Part shown: one piece after another, positions 43,821 through 54,127 of the stretch
Position numbering within the stretch: position 1 is the stretch's first letter
Layout: the number at the start of each line of letters is the position of its first letter
DNA from: Gammaproteobacteria bacterium
Lineage (GTDB): Bacteria; Pseudomonadota; Gammaproteobacteria; CAJXQU01
DNA length: 64,000 bases
Assembly (NCBI GenBank): GCA_965238175.1
Contig: CBDEGZ010000003.1
Location: forward strand, 992,001 to 1,056,000
Reading direction: 5' to 3'
Notes under the pieces: model-generated
Told to the model about the DNA's origin: nothing
The model's database searches: none
Seen by the model: the letters and a program-made list of their open reading frames with translations, nothing else
Program-made: the position numbers and the translations under genes

Positions 43821-45773
43821 GTGATTAATTTAATAAGAAGTGTGAAACCAACAAAATATAGAGCGATTAGTTTTCTCAGCTTTATATTATTTTATTCCAT
43901 TAATGTAAATAGTGCGGATTCGGTTCAGACATCTATTTCAGATAAATTGCTAGAAACCAGTTACGAAGGCACACTGGTTATCTATAGCCATGTGCGTACG
44001 GGGCAAAAGCTCGATGGCAGCTATAAGATCATTAATAATCGAGGCCATATAATCGCTTCATTTCGAGATGGAGTGGCTGATGGTAGTTGGGAGCATTACA
44101 ACTCTCAACGTATCCTCACAGAGAAACGTAATTACCTTAATGGTAAGCTCGACGGAGAGCTTTTACGTTTTACTTCAAGTGGCAAGCAAGCCGAGTTAGA
44201 ACGTTATGAAAATGGTGTACCCTCTGGAACATGGAAAAAATACGCGCACAGTGGTGGGGTGATTGAAGTAACGGCTTACAATGATGGTATTAAGACACTT
44301 GTCGAAAAGTTTTATACCGATGGTCAGAAAAAGACGATAGAAACGTATGTGGATAATCTCAAACAAGGCTCCTGGCAAAGTTTTTATCCCGATGGCACTT
44401 TGGAAATTGAACAAACTTATGCCAACGATGTACTCAATGGCCCGTACACGGAATACTACCGTTCTGGTGAGAAAAAACTTGAAGGAGAAATCAATGAAGC
44501 TGGGTATCGTAGTGGTGTTTGGAACAAATACTTCGATACCGGGAAAATCCAAAAAACCCGTTATTACTTGGATGGAAGAGAGCAGGGGCCTTCCATCTCG
44601 TTTTATGAAAATGGACAGGAAAAACGGGCTTGTCAATTAAACGAGAAGCGTACAGAAGGCAGTTGTAAAAGCTATGATGACACAGGGCGTCTACTAGAAG
44701 AGTGGTCAATTAAGGGCAATAAATATGAGGGTATCTTTCGATCGTTTTATGAAAATGGTGATCCAAAACTCGTTTCTAACTATAAGAGCGGAAAGAAGTC
44801 AGGAAAGCAGGAATTCTATAACGAAAACGGTATTCTAATACGACGCGAACATTACAGTGAGCAAGCCAATGAGAGTGGGGAATTTTCTCAAGATGGAAAC
44901 TATGAAAGCTTTTATAGCAATGGTGATCCTCAGGAACAGGGACAATATGCGAATGGTCGTAAAACGGGTAGCTGGAAGTCATTCAGAGAAGGTCGATTGT
45001 TATCCGAAGAAAATTATCGTAATGGCACTCGGCATGGTAATTATGCAGAGTTTTATGATGGGCGTCGTCGTGTTACAGGTAGTTACATAAATAATAAGCG
45101 TGATGGTCTGTGGCTCCATTACTATTATGAACCTGAATCTCCGACTTTCGGACATATTCAAGAAGGCGTCGTCGCGCGCAAGGAACATTGGCAGAATAAT
45201 AAAAAAAGCGGAGTCTGGGAGTTCTTTACTGTAAAGGATAAACTTTATAAACGGGAGCGCTATGAAAACGGAGAGCTGGCCGGTTTATATGAAGAATTTC
45301 ATGTGGAATCAGGTGTGCCGCTGGTTATTGGTAACTATGTAGAAGGAAGGACGCATGGTAAATGGGAAGTTTTTTATGATGATGGACTGCCTAAATTACA
45401 GGAGAGTTATGACAAAGGCCTTCGTAGTGGTCATTATCAAAGTTTTTATAGTAATGGGCAAATAGAAGTTTCAGGCAAATTTGAAATGGATAAAAAAGCA
45501 GATCAATGGATCACGTATTATCAAAGTGGCAAATTACAAAAAGAAGAACAGTTTGCTAATAACCTGAAAGAAGGACAGTCAAAGTACTACCATCGAAATG
45601 GTCAATTAGAATCCGAAGGTCCCTTTGTGCGAGATCGAAAAGAAGGGGCATGGAAAATGTATTGGCCTAATGGCAAATTGCAGAATGAAGGAAGCTACCT
45701 GCGTGGCAATCAGGCTGGTGATTGGCTTAATTATGATCAAACGGGCAAGCTAATCTCAACACAGCATTATTAA
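43821..45773 (+). CDS. Secreted MORN-variant repeat protein (YwqK-like)
   Basis: AAGGAG RBS plus GTG; signal-like N-terminus; many G.W..FY.NG....E..Y repeats. Confidence 0.88.
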   Translation: MINLIRSVKPTKYRAISFLSFILFYSINVNSADSVQTSISDKLLETSYEGTLVIYSHVRTGQKLDGSYKIINNRGHIIASFRDGVADGSWEHYNSQRILTEKRNYLNGKLDGELLRFTSSGKQAELERYENGVPSGTWKKYAHSGGVIEVTAYNDGIKTLVEKFYTDGQKKTIETYVDNLKQGSWQSFYPDGTLEIEQTYANDVLNGPYTEYYRSGEKKLEGEINEAGYRSGVWNKYFDTGKIQKTRYYLDGREQGPSISFYENGQEKRACQLNEKRTEGSCKSYDDTGRLLEEWSIKGNKYEGIFRSFYENGDPKLVSNYKSGKKSGKQEFYNENGILIRREHYSEQANESGEFSQDGNYESFYSNGDPQEQGQYANGRKTGSWKSFREGRLLSEENYRNGTRHGNYAEFYDGRRRVTGSYINNKRDGLWLHYYYEPESPTFGHIQEGVVARKEHWQNNKKSGVWEFFTVKDKLYKRERYENGELAGLYEEFHVESGVPLVIGNYVEGRTHGKWEVFYDDGLPKLQESYDKGLRSGHYQSFYSNGQIEVSGKFEMDKKADQWITYYQSGKLQKEEQFANNLKEGQSKYYHRNGQLESEGPFVRDRKEGAWKMYWPNGKLQNEGSYLRGNQAGDWLNYDQTGKLISTQHY

Positions 45774-46026
45774 TTTTAAGGAATATCAAAAGGGGAGATG
45801 TTAGAATTATCTATCAAATCCCCCTTTTTATTTTCCATTCTCACATGGGAGTCACTGTGAGTGATGCGGATACATTTATAAAACTCAGAAAATATTCCAA
45901 GTTTCTTGGATGTCTGTTTTTCAATCAATTTATTTACGGTTGAATTTTATAAATTATTTCCTGATAATCGTCAGATAATAGATTTTAAATTCTGTTCTAC
46001 CTGAGGCCCCGTAATATTAAAATTGA

Positions 46027-47307
46027 CTATTTGCCAGATAAATCCTCATACCAGTTTTCCGGCAACTTGACCCGATAAACATCAGAATAACCTTCACCAG
46101 TGATCCCCCAGTTAGACCCCCAGAAAACATATTTGCCTTGACGATCAATTGTTGCGAAGGCTTCTGACCAGTAATCTTTTCCGCCTTTTGAGGTTCTGGC
46201 ATTAGTATGAGCCACTCGGAAGTGTCGACCATTTTCTTTCAATTCCAACAGAAATAATGATCCATCTGACCAGTAGGTAGGCTTGTCTGAACGACCATAG
46301 GTGGAGACCAAAACCCAGCCGGGTGTTTGTGTACTGTTACCAGAAATATGGAAACCTTGATAACTGACGCCACCTTTTTCTGGAGCTTGAAATGGGATAT
46401 TCATCAGCTTAACCTCCTCAAGCGTATCAAGATAAATCATGGTGATGTGATCATTGGATGTATCTTGTGCGACAAATACATCGCGGCCATTTTTTGATAA
46501 AGCTAAATCGCCGTGACCATGTCGTCCTGGCAAAGCTCTGCCATTTGTCCAATCGCGATTGAAAACCTGAGTCGGCGTACTTTCAACTAGAATATATTTA
46601 CCTGTCATACTCATGCTGACTGTATTAGCATTGCTTATGATGTTGCCAGGTACATCGGAATTGCGAGAGATAACCGTCTTTGTTTCTGCATCAAAAGTGA
46701 TCCAGTCAAGGTACGTTTTTTTCTTTGTTTGATTGCTGTAATTAACCACCATAAAAGCCCAGTAACGACTGTCGGCAGATCCATCACCTTCACCCTGTGC
46801 TGTAATCCAGCTGGCATCTGGATAGTCTTTTTTAACATCATAGAGTAGTGATTTTCTTTTCAGTTTGACGTTATATTTATAAAAGTTTTTGCCTTTTACG
46901 TAAAATAAAATATTTGGATCGGTCGCGTGCCATCGTGGTTCTAATCTACCCTGTCCAAGAATTTTCCCTCTATATTTCAGGGTGTTCATATTGTACAAAT
47001 ACCAGGTTGCATTTGTGCCGTGAAAAATGCCAAGACTTCCATCTGCATTTAGTAGATCTGCACGAGCATATTCATTGACCATACCCTTTGCCTTTGTCGA
47101 AGGGTTGCCTTTTTTTACGTTAGTAATACGAGTTACATCTGTTCCAAAAACGGGATCTTTATAGATTTTTGCAACGGGGGGGAGATGATCAGAAGCAATA
47201 AAAGAATACGGAATTTCAGATAAACCTTTTGTGTATTCAAAACTAAAACAGAATGTTGAGGAGCAAGAAATCAATAGTAATATTGTGAATTGTAGTGTTT
47301 TTTTCAT
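46027..47307 (-). CDS. Secreted protein, probable beta-propeller
   Basis: Signal peptide; DPVFGT..TRIT, HISGN, A.IDRQGKYVFWGSNW; last gene of the polysaccharide operon. Confidence 0.75.
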   Translation of the reverse strand: MKKTLQFTILLLISCSSTFCFSFEYTKGLSEIPYSFIASDHLPPVAKIYKDPVFGTDVTRITNVKKGNPSTKAKGMVNEYARADLLNADGSLGIFHGTNATWYLYNMNTLKYRGKILGQGRLEPRWHATDPNILFYVKGKNFYKYNVKLKRKSLLYDVKKDYPDASWITAQGEGDGSADSRYWAFMVVNYSNQTKKKTYLDWITFDAETKTVISRNSDVPGNIISNANTVSMSMTGKYILVESTPTQVFNRDWTNGRALPGRHGHGDLALSKNGRDVFVAQDTSNDHITMIYLDTLEEVKLMNIPFQAPEKGGVSYQGFHISGNSTQTPGWVLVSTYGRSDKPTYWSDGSLFLLELKENGRHFRVAHTNARTSKGGKDYWSEAFATIDRQGKYVFWGSNWGITGEGYSDVYRVKLPENWYEDLSGK

Positions 47308-47330
47308 AGTGTTTTCTCCTGAATATTTTT

Positions 47331-48551
47331 TTACAAGATCGTATCGTAAACGGCTAATAATTTATCGCCGAGTATACGCCAGTCGTATAACCTTTCAGCT
47401 TGTTCGTGTGCCGCCTTGCCAAGTGCATCACGAAGTTTTTTATCGTCCATCAATTTAAGCGTAGCCGTGGCGATTTCTTCAGGAGTATCAGCGATGAGTA
47501 CATTTTTTCCATTTTCCAAAACAACACCTTCTGCTCCTATTGTAGTAGAGACAATCGCTTTGCCCATTGCCATGGCTTCGAGTAGTTTAAGACGGGTTCC
47601 ACTGCCAACACGTAATGGCAATATATAGACGGCTGCTTCGTGCACCAATGGTTGAAAATTATCAACGAAGCCGGTGGCGGAGACTTTGTTCCTGAGCTGA
47701 TCAGGGATCTCCAGTCCGTCGGACTTCCCTACTACCGTCAGACTGACATCAGGATTCTGATCACTGATCAACGGCATCACGTCCTTGATAAAAAAGTTCA
47801 TGCCATCCTTGTTCGGGAACCAGCCCATGCCACCGACGAAAACGATCTTATTTTGATCAACCTGAACCTTACCTGAAGTGTTCTTTTTTGATGGAGCATT
47901 TGGTTGAAACTGTTCAATATCAACACCATTTGCAATAACGTGGATTGATTTTCCATTACCCATCTTGCTTAAAATATCCGCATCATCTTGAGAGCAGGCG
48001 AGCACTTCCGTTGCATTTTTCATCGCAAATTCTTCAAAGGATTCGAGCTTCGGTGCCTGGTTAGAAAAGAATATTTTTTGTGCTAGTGAGGATGATGCTT
48101 CAGCGCGTCGTTCGACCAATAAGCTCTCTACATTATGGTCATTTAAAACAGTAGGAATATTTCCACATAGGGGCAAATATTGAGCGAGTGGCAACATATC
48201 AAGATGGATCAAATCCGGTGCTTCGGTTTTGATTACACTCTGCAGTTTATTTCGCATTTCCAGTGCAAAATATTTTCTAACCACGAAAGGTGTTTTAGTT
48301 ATGACGCCAGATAAAATAGTGCTTAGCAATTTAACTTTATTTTGATCAGCAGGAATAGGGATTAATGCGACAGATTTACATAAGGTGCGTAAATGATCGG
48401 CATGATTTGGGTTTTCATCACTGCGTACAAAAGAAACCAGATGTACCTCATGCATTTCACAAATATGCTTTAAAAGATTGTAGGTTCTGATCTGATGACC
48501 TTCCCACGGCGGGTAAGGAATACGTGTTGTAACGAATAAAATTTTTGCCAT
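47331..48551 (-). CDS. GT4 glycosyltransferase
   Basis: GSGTRLKLLEAMAMG; TAATG coupling to the upstream gene. Confidence 0.92.
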   Translation of the reverse strand: MAKILFVTTRIPYPPWEGHQIRTYNLLKHICEMHEVHLVSFVRSDENPNHADHLRTLCKSVALIPIPADQNKVKLLSTILSGVITKTPFVVRKYFALEMRNKLQSVIKTEAPDLIHLDMLPLAQYLPLCGNIPTVLNDHNVESLLVERRAEASSSLAQKIFFSNQAPKLESFEEFAMKNATEVLACSQDDADILSKMGNGKSIHVIANGVDIEQFQPNAPSKKNTSGKVQVDQNKIVFVGGMGWFPNKDGMNFFIKDVMPLISDQNPDVSLTVVGKSDGLEIPDQLRNKVSATGFVDNFQPLVHEAAVYILPLRVGSGTRLKLLEAMAMGKAIVSTTIGAEGVVLENGKNVLIADTPEEIATATLKLMDDKKLRDALGKAAHEQAERLYDWRILGDKLLAVYDTIL

Positions 48552-49678
48552 TAATGTTTCTTCCACAAACTAGCAGTTTGCCCTGTGAGAATCGAATAAA
48601 GTCCAACAACTGCGGTAATGTTCAGCATTAAAAAGCTTGATGCAGTTCCAACTAATTTAACTTTCTTCCCTTGTGCCATTGCAATTAGTCCAGCAATGGC
48701 TGCTGCGTATACAACAAGTTGTAACAAGCCGATAAAACTATATAAAGGTTTACCAATCAAAAAGGATGAGATCAATAATAAGATCATTGCGTAGGGCGAA
48801 AAAAGCCGAAAAACCTTATGCGAGATCCATTGAAAAAATAATCGGTTCTGGAATGGGTTATTGATCCAGGGAGCCGCTTGCATGAGTTGGAAGTTACCCG
48901 CTAGCGTACGAACTTTTCGTGAAAATTCTTCTGCGTGTGATTCGCTCAATGTGTCATAGGCAATTGCATCACGTACCATACAAACGCGATAATCTTGTTT
49001 CGCGATGCGTACTGGTGTGAGTACATCATCAAGAATAATTCCTGCGGGTAGCGGTTCATAGAGTGATCGACGGATCGCATAGATTGCACCTGTTGCACCA
49101 ACCATTGAATCCACAATGCTTTCCGAATCGCGGATCATTTTTTCATATTTCCAATACAAACCAACGCCTTCTGGTTCGTGATCTGCACCAGATGATTCTA
49201 GGATTAATTCACCGGTTGTTGCGCCCATTTTTTGATCAGCAAAAGGTTCAATAAGAGAACGAACTGCATCGGCCGAAAAACGCTGGCGTACATCGGCAAA
49301 AACAATAAACTCACCTGTCGCTTCGCTAACCCCACGACTGACGGCAATAGATTTACCAACATTTTGTTTTAATGAAATTACAGTAACGCGATCAGAATTT
49401 ATTTTATTTAAATTTTCGATGGTGTCATCGGTTGAGCCGTCAGAAACAACAATAATATCGAGCTTATCCGTGGGATAATTTTGTTCGAGTATATTTTCGA
49501 TGCGAGCTACTATTCTATCTTGTTCATTAAATGCAGAGATGACGACTGTCACTGCCGGTTCAATCGAATCAGATTTGATCGGGTTTGGGCGGAATTTGGC
49601 CCACAAAAACATTAACAACGGATAACCGATGTAGGTATAAAAAAGGAATAATGTGCTCAGCCAGAAAATCAGGATCAT
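48551..49678 (-). CDS. GT2 glycosyltransferase (membrane-bound)
   Basis: SDGSTD, FADV, GATGAIYAIRR; C-terminal TM helices. Confidence 0.92.
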   Translation of the reverse strand: MILIFWLSTLFLFYTYIGYPLLMFLWAKFRPNPIKSDSIEPAVTVVISAFNEQDRIVARIENILEQNYPTDKLDIIVVSDGSTDDTIENLNKINSDRVTVISLKQNVGKSIAVSRGVSEATGEFIVFADVRQRFSADAVRSLIEPFADQKMGATTGELILESSGADHEPEGVGLYWKYEKMIRDSESIVDSMVGATGAIYAIRRSLYEPLPAGIILDDVLTPVRIAKQDYRVCMVRDAIAYDTLSESHAEEFSRKVRTLAGNFQLMQAAPWINNPFQNRLFFQWISHKVFRLFSPYAMILLLISSFLIGKPLYSFIGLLQLVVYAAAIAGLIAMAQGKKVKLVGTASSFLMLNITAVVGLYSILTGQTASLWKKH

Positions 49679-49681
49679 TAT

Positions 49682-50455
49682 TTATCCTAATAATTTACTG
49701 CGTGCAATTTCATACAAACGATTGCCTAAGATGGTTTTCATTCTGGTTAAAATAAGCTGGCGTAATTTCATGATACGCATTTCATTGCCTTGACCGGAAA
49801 CAAGAGCAGAAAATGTTTCCATACTCATGGGACGCGTCATTGCAATGCGTTTTATTTTGTATCGATCTGTTGTTTGATCATTATAACCAAGCACCGAAGT
49901 ACCTAGTTTCGTATAACCCAATTCTTTTGCAATTGTACGAGTGCGGTTATCGCCGCGACCACCGGGCAGAGCAATGGTATTTATTTTCTTACTAAGAATT
50001 TCTTCCAACGTATTTTTGCTGACTTCCAGTTCCAGTCGCATTTCTTCATCGCTAAGATCGCTGAGATAGTTATGCGTTTTACCATGTGAATCGACCACCA
50101 TGCCTGCTTGATCAAGTTCGCGCAATTGATCGGCCGACATGCTGAATTCATTGCCGATCCAATCGGTAGTGATGTAAAACTCGGCGGACATAGAGCGTTT
50201 GACTAATTGTGGAAGTGCTGCGGTGAAATTGGTGATATCGCCGTCGTCGAAAGTAATCACGACCACTTTTTCCGTAGCGGATAATGCAAACGCATCATCC
50301 AGCGTGCAGGCTTTGTAACCATTATCTTTTAACCAATCAAGCTGATCTGAAAACTGTTGATGCGTGACGTTATATACAGGATCGTAGTGCCCAGGGTCAT
50401 CTTCTGAATCCTGAATTCCGTGATACATCAATACCGGAAATTGTCCCGCGATCAT
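49682..50455 (-). CDS. Polysaccharide deacetylase (NodB-like)
   Basis: LMYH, ITFDDG, SHGKTH. Confidence 0.92.
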   Translation of the reverse strand: MIAGQFPVLMYHGIQDSEDDPGHYDPVYNVTHQQFSDQLDWLKDNGYKACTLDDAFALSATEKVVVITFDDGDITNFTAALPQLVKRSMSAEFYITTDWIGNEFSMSADQLRELDQAGMVVDSHGKTHNYLSDLSDEEMRLELEVSKNTLEEILSKKINTIALPGGRGDNRTRTIAKELGYTKLGTSVLGYNDQTTDRYKIKRIAMTRPMSMETFSALVSGQGNEMRIMKLRQLILTRMKTILGNRLYEIARSKLLG

Positions 50456-50554
50456 TATTCTTATACCTGTCTCGTCGATGCCTTGGTTCGATGTTCTGCT
50501 TATTTATCAGATTATCGGCATTTTGTGTAAAAAGTTTAGTGAATCATCGATGCG

Positions 50555-51352
50555 TTAGAGGAACAACCAAAGAAGGAAAACACCCAGGCAGAGTCGGTAG
50601 ATTACAAAGGGTAACATTCCGATTTGATTGACTAATTTCAAAAAGTAATGGATGCAAATGTATGCGCTGATCATTGATAAAACAGTGACAAAGATAAGAC
50701 CAAACCAGTCTACAGCTAGTCCACTTTCGATCAAATCTTTGGTTTTCAGTCCAGTCGCGGCAAGGATTAATGGGATGGACAACAAAAATGAAAACCGAGC
50801 CGACGCATTACGTGTTAGGCCAAGCATTAATCCGGCAGTCATTGTAATACCTGAACGAGAGGTGCCAGGGATTAGAGCCAGTGCCTGGGCTAGACCAATT
50901 TTGAGGGCATCTTTTGCCGTTAGTGTTTTTTCAGTTCTATGGTGTGTTGCAGTAGCATCTGAATACCATAATAATAAACCAAAAATAATCGTGGTTGCTG
51001 CGATAACTAACGGATTTCTAAGTACAGTCTCAATATAGTCTTTCATTAAAAAACCAACTATTACTGCCGGAATAGTGCCGATAATAACTGCCCAGCCTAA
51101 GCGACTATTTTCTGTAGTTTCGCCACCAAGAACAGATGAAAACCAGGCGAACAAAACTTTTCTGATATCGTCTCGGAAGTAAACCATCACGGCGAATAAA
51201 GAACCAAAGTGAACAGCAACATCGTAGATTAAACCTTGATCTTGCCAGCCTGTGAGAATTGGTAGCAGGATCAAATGCGCCGAGCTGGAAATGGGTAAAA
51301 ACTCAGTTAAGCCTTGAACGATTGCGAGAACAATAAGTTGTAATAGATCCAA
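50555..51352 (-). CDS. uppP: Undecaprenyl-diphosphate phosphatase
   Basis: QGLTEFLPISSSAH, PGTSRSG. Confidence 0.97.
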   Translation of the reverse strand: MDLLQLIVLAIVQGLTEFLPISSSAHLILLPILTGWQDQGLIYDVAVHFGSLFAVMVYFRDDIRKVLFAWFSSVLGGETTENSRLGWAVIIGTIPAVIVGFLMKDYIETVLRNPLVIAATTIIFGLLLWYSDATATHHRTEKTLTAKDALKIGLAQALALIPGTSRSGITMTAGLMLGLTRNASARFSFLLSIPLILAATGLKTKDLIESGLAVDWFGLIFVTVLSMISAYICIHYFLKLVNQIGMLPFVIYRLCLGVFLLWLFL

Positions 51353-51375
51353 AATTGTTTCCTTTTCAGTTTAAG

Positions 51376-51518
51376 TGAGATCTCTACACGAAAAAATATT
51401 TTGCATCCAGACAAGGCAAAAACACGCGGAAAGAAGGAGTTTATGTTTTATAAATGCCCGATTGAGCATGTTTTTAACGCTGTATGGGTGCAAAATAGTT
51501 TTTGTGTAAAGGTTCTCA
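51376..51518. mobile_element. MITE-like palindromic element, family B copy 2 (143 bp)
   Basis: TGAGATCTCTACACG...TGTGTAAAGGTTCTCA; shares CGATTGAGCATGTTTTTAACGC with the reverse complement of copy 1. Confidence 0.8.
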
Positions 51519-52703
51519 AAGTCGTTCTAAAAGATTGTTTATTGCAAAACCTGTTAAGGGCTTGTTAAATTGTTTTGTGAGTCCTATCACTTTGAAACGT
51601 TCTCCCATTTCTGCTGGGAGTGTTAATATTTGCACTTCCTGTGACAGTTTTAAATATTCAGTTGAATCAAATTCTTCTGTGGGCAGCAAATTGATCAAAT
51701 TATTATTGATCAAAAAATGCGCCTGAGTGGTATAACCTGCAATTTCAAACCCTCCAGTAAAGGCTGCTTCTGCAACAGAAGTAAAATCGACCGAAGCACT
51801 AATATCTTGAAGACCAATATAAACAAAAGGATCATCATGCGCCTGGTGTCGATAATGACAAATCAACGTACCATTATTTTGATCAGGATGATAATAATCT
51901 CGGCGAGAATAGCCATAGTCGACACAGAAAATTACACCTGTTTCTATAGCATCATTGAGGCTTTTAAACCAGCCGGGTAAAGTTTGATTTATTTCCGAGG
52001 CATAATCATATGCAAGATCCAATTGTAGTTCGCTAATGCTATTTTTAAGTTGAGTGGAAGCTTCTTTATTTGCGAAACTGAATTCATCGTTTTGAATTAC
52101 GACACGCTGTTCTTGAATGATATTGTTAATAATCGAAAACCGATCAACAGGCATCGCGTCTAGCACTTCATTTGCGAGAATTACACCGCTGATCTTTTCT
52201 GTCGGGAAAGCTTCCAACCAGGTGACTCTATTTTCTAACTGCGGGATCTTACTTTTAATCAGATGTTGTTGACGTTCTCGCAGATCAGCACTGACTTCGA
52301 GAATGAAATAGCTATCGGGTAGCATCCCTAAGCTTTCAAGTTCGGTCAATATGTCGCAAGCTAGCCGACCACTGCCTGCACCAAATTCCAGAATTGATTT
52401 TTTACTATATTTGGTTTCACTATTTTTGTTTTTATCAAGATGAAGAAAAATCTGACTAATTTGGTGAGCAAAACAACGGCCGAACAAACTGGATGTTTCA
52501 GGTGCCGTGGTGAAATCGCCATCAACTCCAAACTTAGCGGAACCAGCACTGTAATAACCAAACCCTGGTTCATACAATGCCATTTGCATGAATCTGGAAA
52601 AAGAAATGCTGCCATTTTCAGCTTTAATGACTTGCGCTATTTTTTGATGTAGCTGTCGACTAAGTCGTAAGGCATCCTGCTTGGGGATGGGAAGAAGTGA
52701 CAT
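51516..52703 (-). CDS. SAM-dependent methyltransferase, MidA/NDUFAF7 family
   Basis: GDFTTAPE, EFGAGSG, ANEVLDAMP, DISASVDF. Confidence 0.92.
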   Translation of the reverse strand: MSLLPIPKQDALRLSRQLHQKIAQVIKAENGSISFSRFMQMALYEPGFGYYSAGSAKFGVDGDFTTAPETSSLFGRCFAHQISQIFLHLDKNKNSETKYSKKSILEFGAGSGRLACDILTELESLGMLPDSYFILEVSADLRERQQHLIKSKIPQLENRVTWLEAFPTEKISGVILANEVLDAMPVDRFSIINNIIQEQRVVIQNDEFSFANKEASTQLKNSISELQLDLAYDYASEINQTLPGWFKSLNDAIETGVIFCVDYGYSRRDYYHPDQNNGTLICHYRHQAHDDPFVYIGLQDISASVDFTSVAEAAFTGGFEIAGYTTQAHFLINNNLINLLPTEEFDSTEYLKLSQEVQILTLPAEMGERFKVIGLTKQFNKPLTGFAINNLLERL

Positions 52704-52747
52704 TTATGATTAGATCTTACTAATAATTTCCAACGTTCGTTATTGAG

Positions 52748-53185
52748 TTATCGACCGGTGAGATTTGGGATGTCGCCATCAAGCAACCACAACTTTTGTT
52801 CATTATTAAGCCACCAAATTTGCTTTTCACTGATGGTTGAAACGGTTCCTTGATCGACATCATAAAAATTGATCAGTGCGGTAACATCAACAGTTGTTCC
52901 ATCCTTAGAAAAAGTTTTTTGGCTATATTCGTAAGAAGTAATGCGAATGTTTTTTAAGTACTCAGTATCACGTAAAGATTTCTTATAATTTTTTAATTGA
53001 ATAAAACTTGCTGCTTGCGCGTAATAACCCCAACGTAAAGCTTTGCGGAAATCATTTAGACTTTGTTCTAGCAAATCAAGTTGGCTTTTTTTATTGAGGT
53101 TAGAACAAGCTGTCGTGCTCAAGCTGAGACAAATGACTAGTGCATAAGAAAAATGGCTCAGGTTTGTTTTATTGATCACGATCAT
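52748..53185 (-). CDS. Putative lipoprotein
   Basis: Signal peptide with lipobox TTAC; GAGG RBS. Confidence 0.75.
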   Translation of the reverse strand: MIVINKTNLSHFSYALVICLSLSTTACSNLNKKSQLDLLEQSLNDFRKALRWGYYAQAASFIQLKNYKKSLRDTEYLKNIRITSYEYSQKTFSKDGTTVDVTALINFYDVDQGTVSTISEKQIWWLNNEQKLWLLDGDIPNLTGR

Positions 53186-53195
53186 TTCCTCTTAT

Positions 53196-53250
53196 TTGAT
53201 TATTGATTATTGATTATTGATTATTGATTATTGATTATTGATTATTGATT
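53196..53250. repeat. Heptamer tandem repeat (TTGATTA) x7.9
   Basis: Seven perfect units plus 6 nt, overlapping the folK stop codon. Confidence 0.95.
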
Positions 53251-53719
53251 CAGCCAGCCAAACTTTTTGATCTAATATTTGACTATGATCTTTAAATGAT
53301 TTTCCCGTTTCAGGATGAATGTGATCACCATTTATTTCAGCTAATGGAATGGCAACATAAGCGAACTCAACGATATCCTTTCTCGGTAGATCAAGTTCCT
53401 TTTCATGATCAATTAAATCGTTATACAACAGAAGATCAAGATCCAGAGGGCAACGATTCTTTCGTCGTTGGCCACATGTTTTTTCGATTCTTTTGAGATG
53501 TTTATTGACTTGATGTGGCGACAAATCAGTTTCGTATGCTCCCACCAGATTGAAGTAATTATTCGCCTCGGTATTGCCCATAGCGCCAATAGGACTGGTC
53601 TCATAAACACTCGATAATTTTATTTCGGTGAAGTGTTCTTTTAAGTGCTCAATAGCCGTAAGAATATTTTTTTCACGTTTCACATTGCTACCAATGCCGA
53701 CATAAATCTTGTTAATCAC
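53228..53719 (-). CDS. folK: HPPK (2-amino-4-hydroxy-6-hydroxymethyldihydropteridine diphosphokinase)
   Basis: YVGIGSN, SSVYET, LDLDLLLY. Confidence 0.93.
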   Translation of the reverse strand: MINKIYVGIGSNVKREKNILTAIEHLKEHFTEIKLSSVYETSPIGAMGNTEANNYFNLVGAYETDLSPHQVNKHLKRIEKTCGQRRKNRCPLDLDLLLYNDLIDHEKELDLPRKDIVEFAYVAIPLAEINGDHIHPETGKSFKDHSQILDQKVWLAESIINNQ

Positions 53720-54065
53720 GAGTACGCTCTATGACTACGCCGACATCACGGACAATGGGAACAGCGCCTTTTTTATTGATCTTCAATCGCATCCAGGGTG
53801 CTTTAAATTCGTTGAGAATGATCTTGGCCACACCTTCCGCGACCGATTCGATCAACTGAAAGCTGCTTTCTTCAACGTAAGCGACTACACGTTCAGCGAC
53901 TTCGGCGTAATTGACGGTATATTGCAGATCATCCGTCGCGCCAGCTTTGCGTATGTCGGTGCCGATTTCCAAATCGAGGATCAGGGTTTGCTTAATTTCC
54001 CGTTCCCAGTCATAAACACCAATAACAGTGTCGATTCTCAGATCAGTCAGGTATATGATATCCAT
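53712..54065 (-). CDS. folB: Dihydroneopterin aldolase
   Basis: IGVYDWER, LIESVAE, VGVVIER. Confidence 0.97.
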   Translation of the reverse strand: MDIIYLTDLRIDTVIGVYDWEREIKQTLILDLEIGTDIRKAGATDDLQYTVNYAEVAERVVAYVEESSFQLIESVAEGVAKIILNEFKAPWMRLKINKKGAVPIVRDVGVVIERTRD

Positions 54066-54127
54066 CGGAGCAATTTAAACGCTATGCATAATCTGTCAAG
54101 CCAAATATAGTAATCACAACAAAAATT

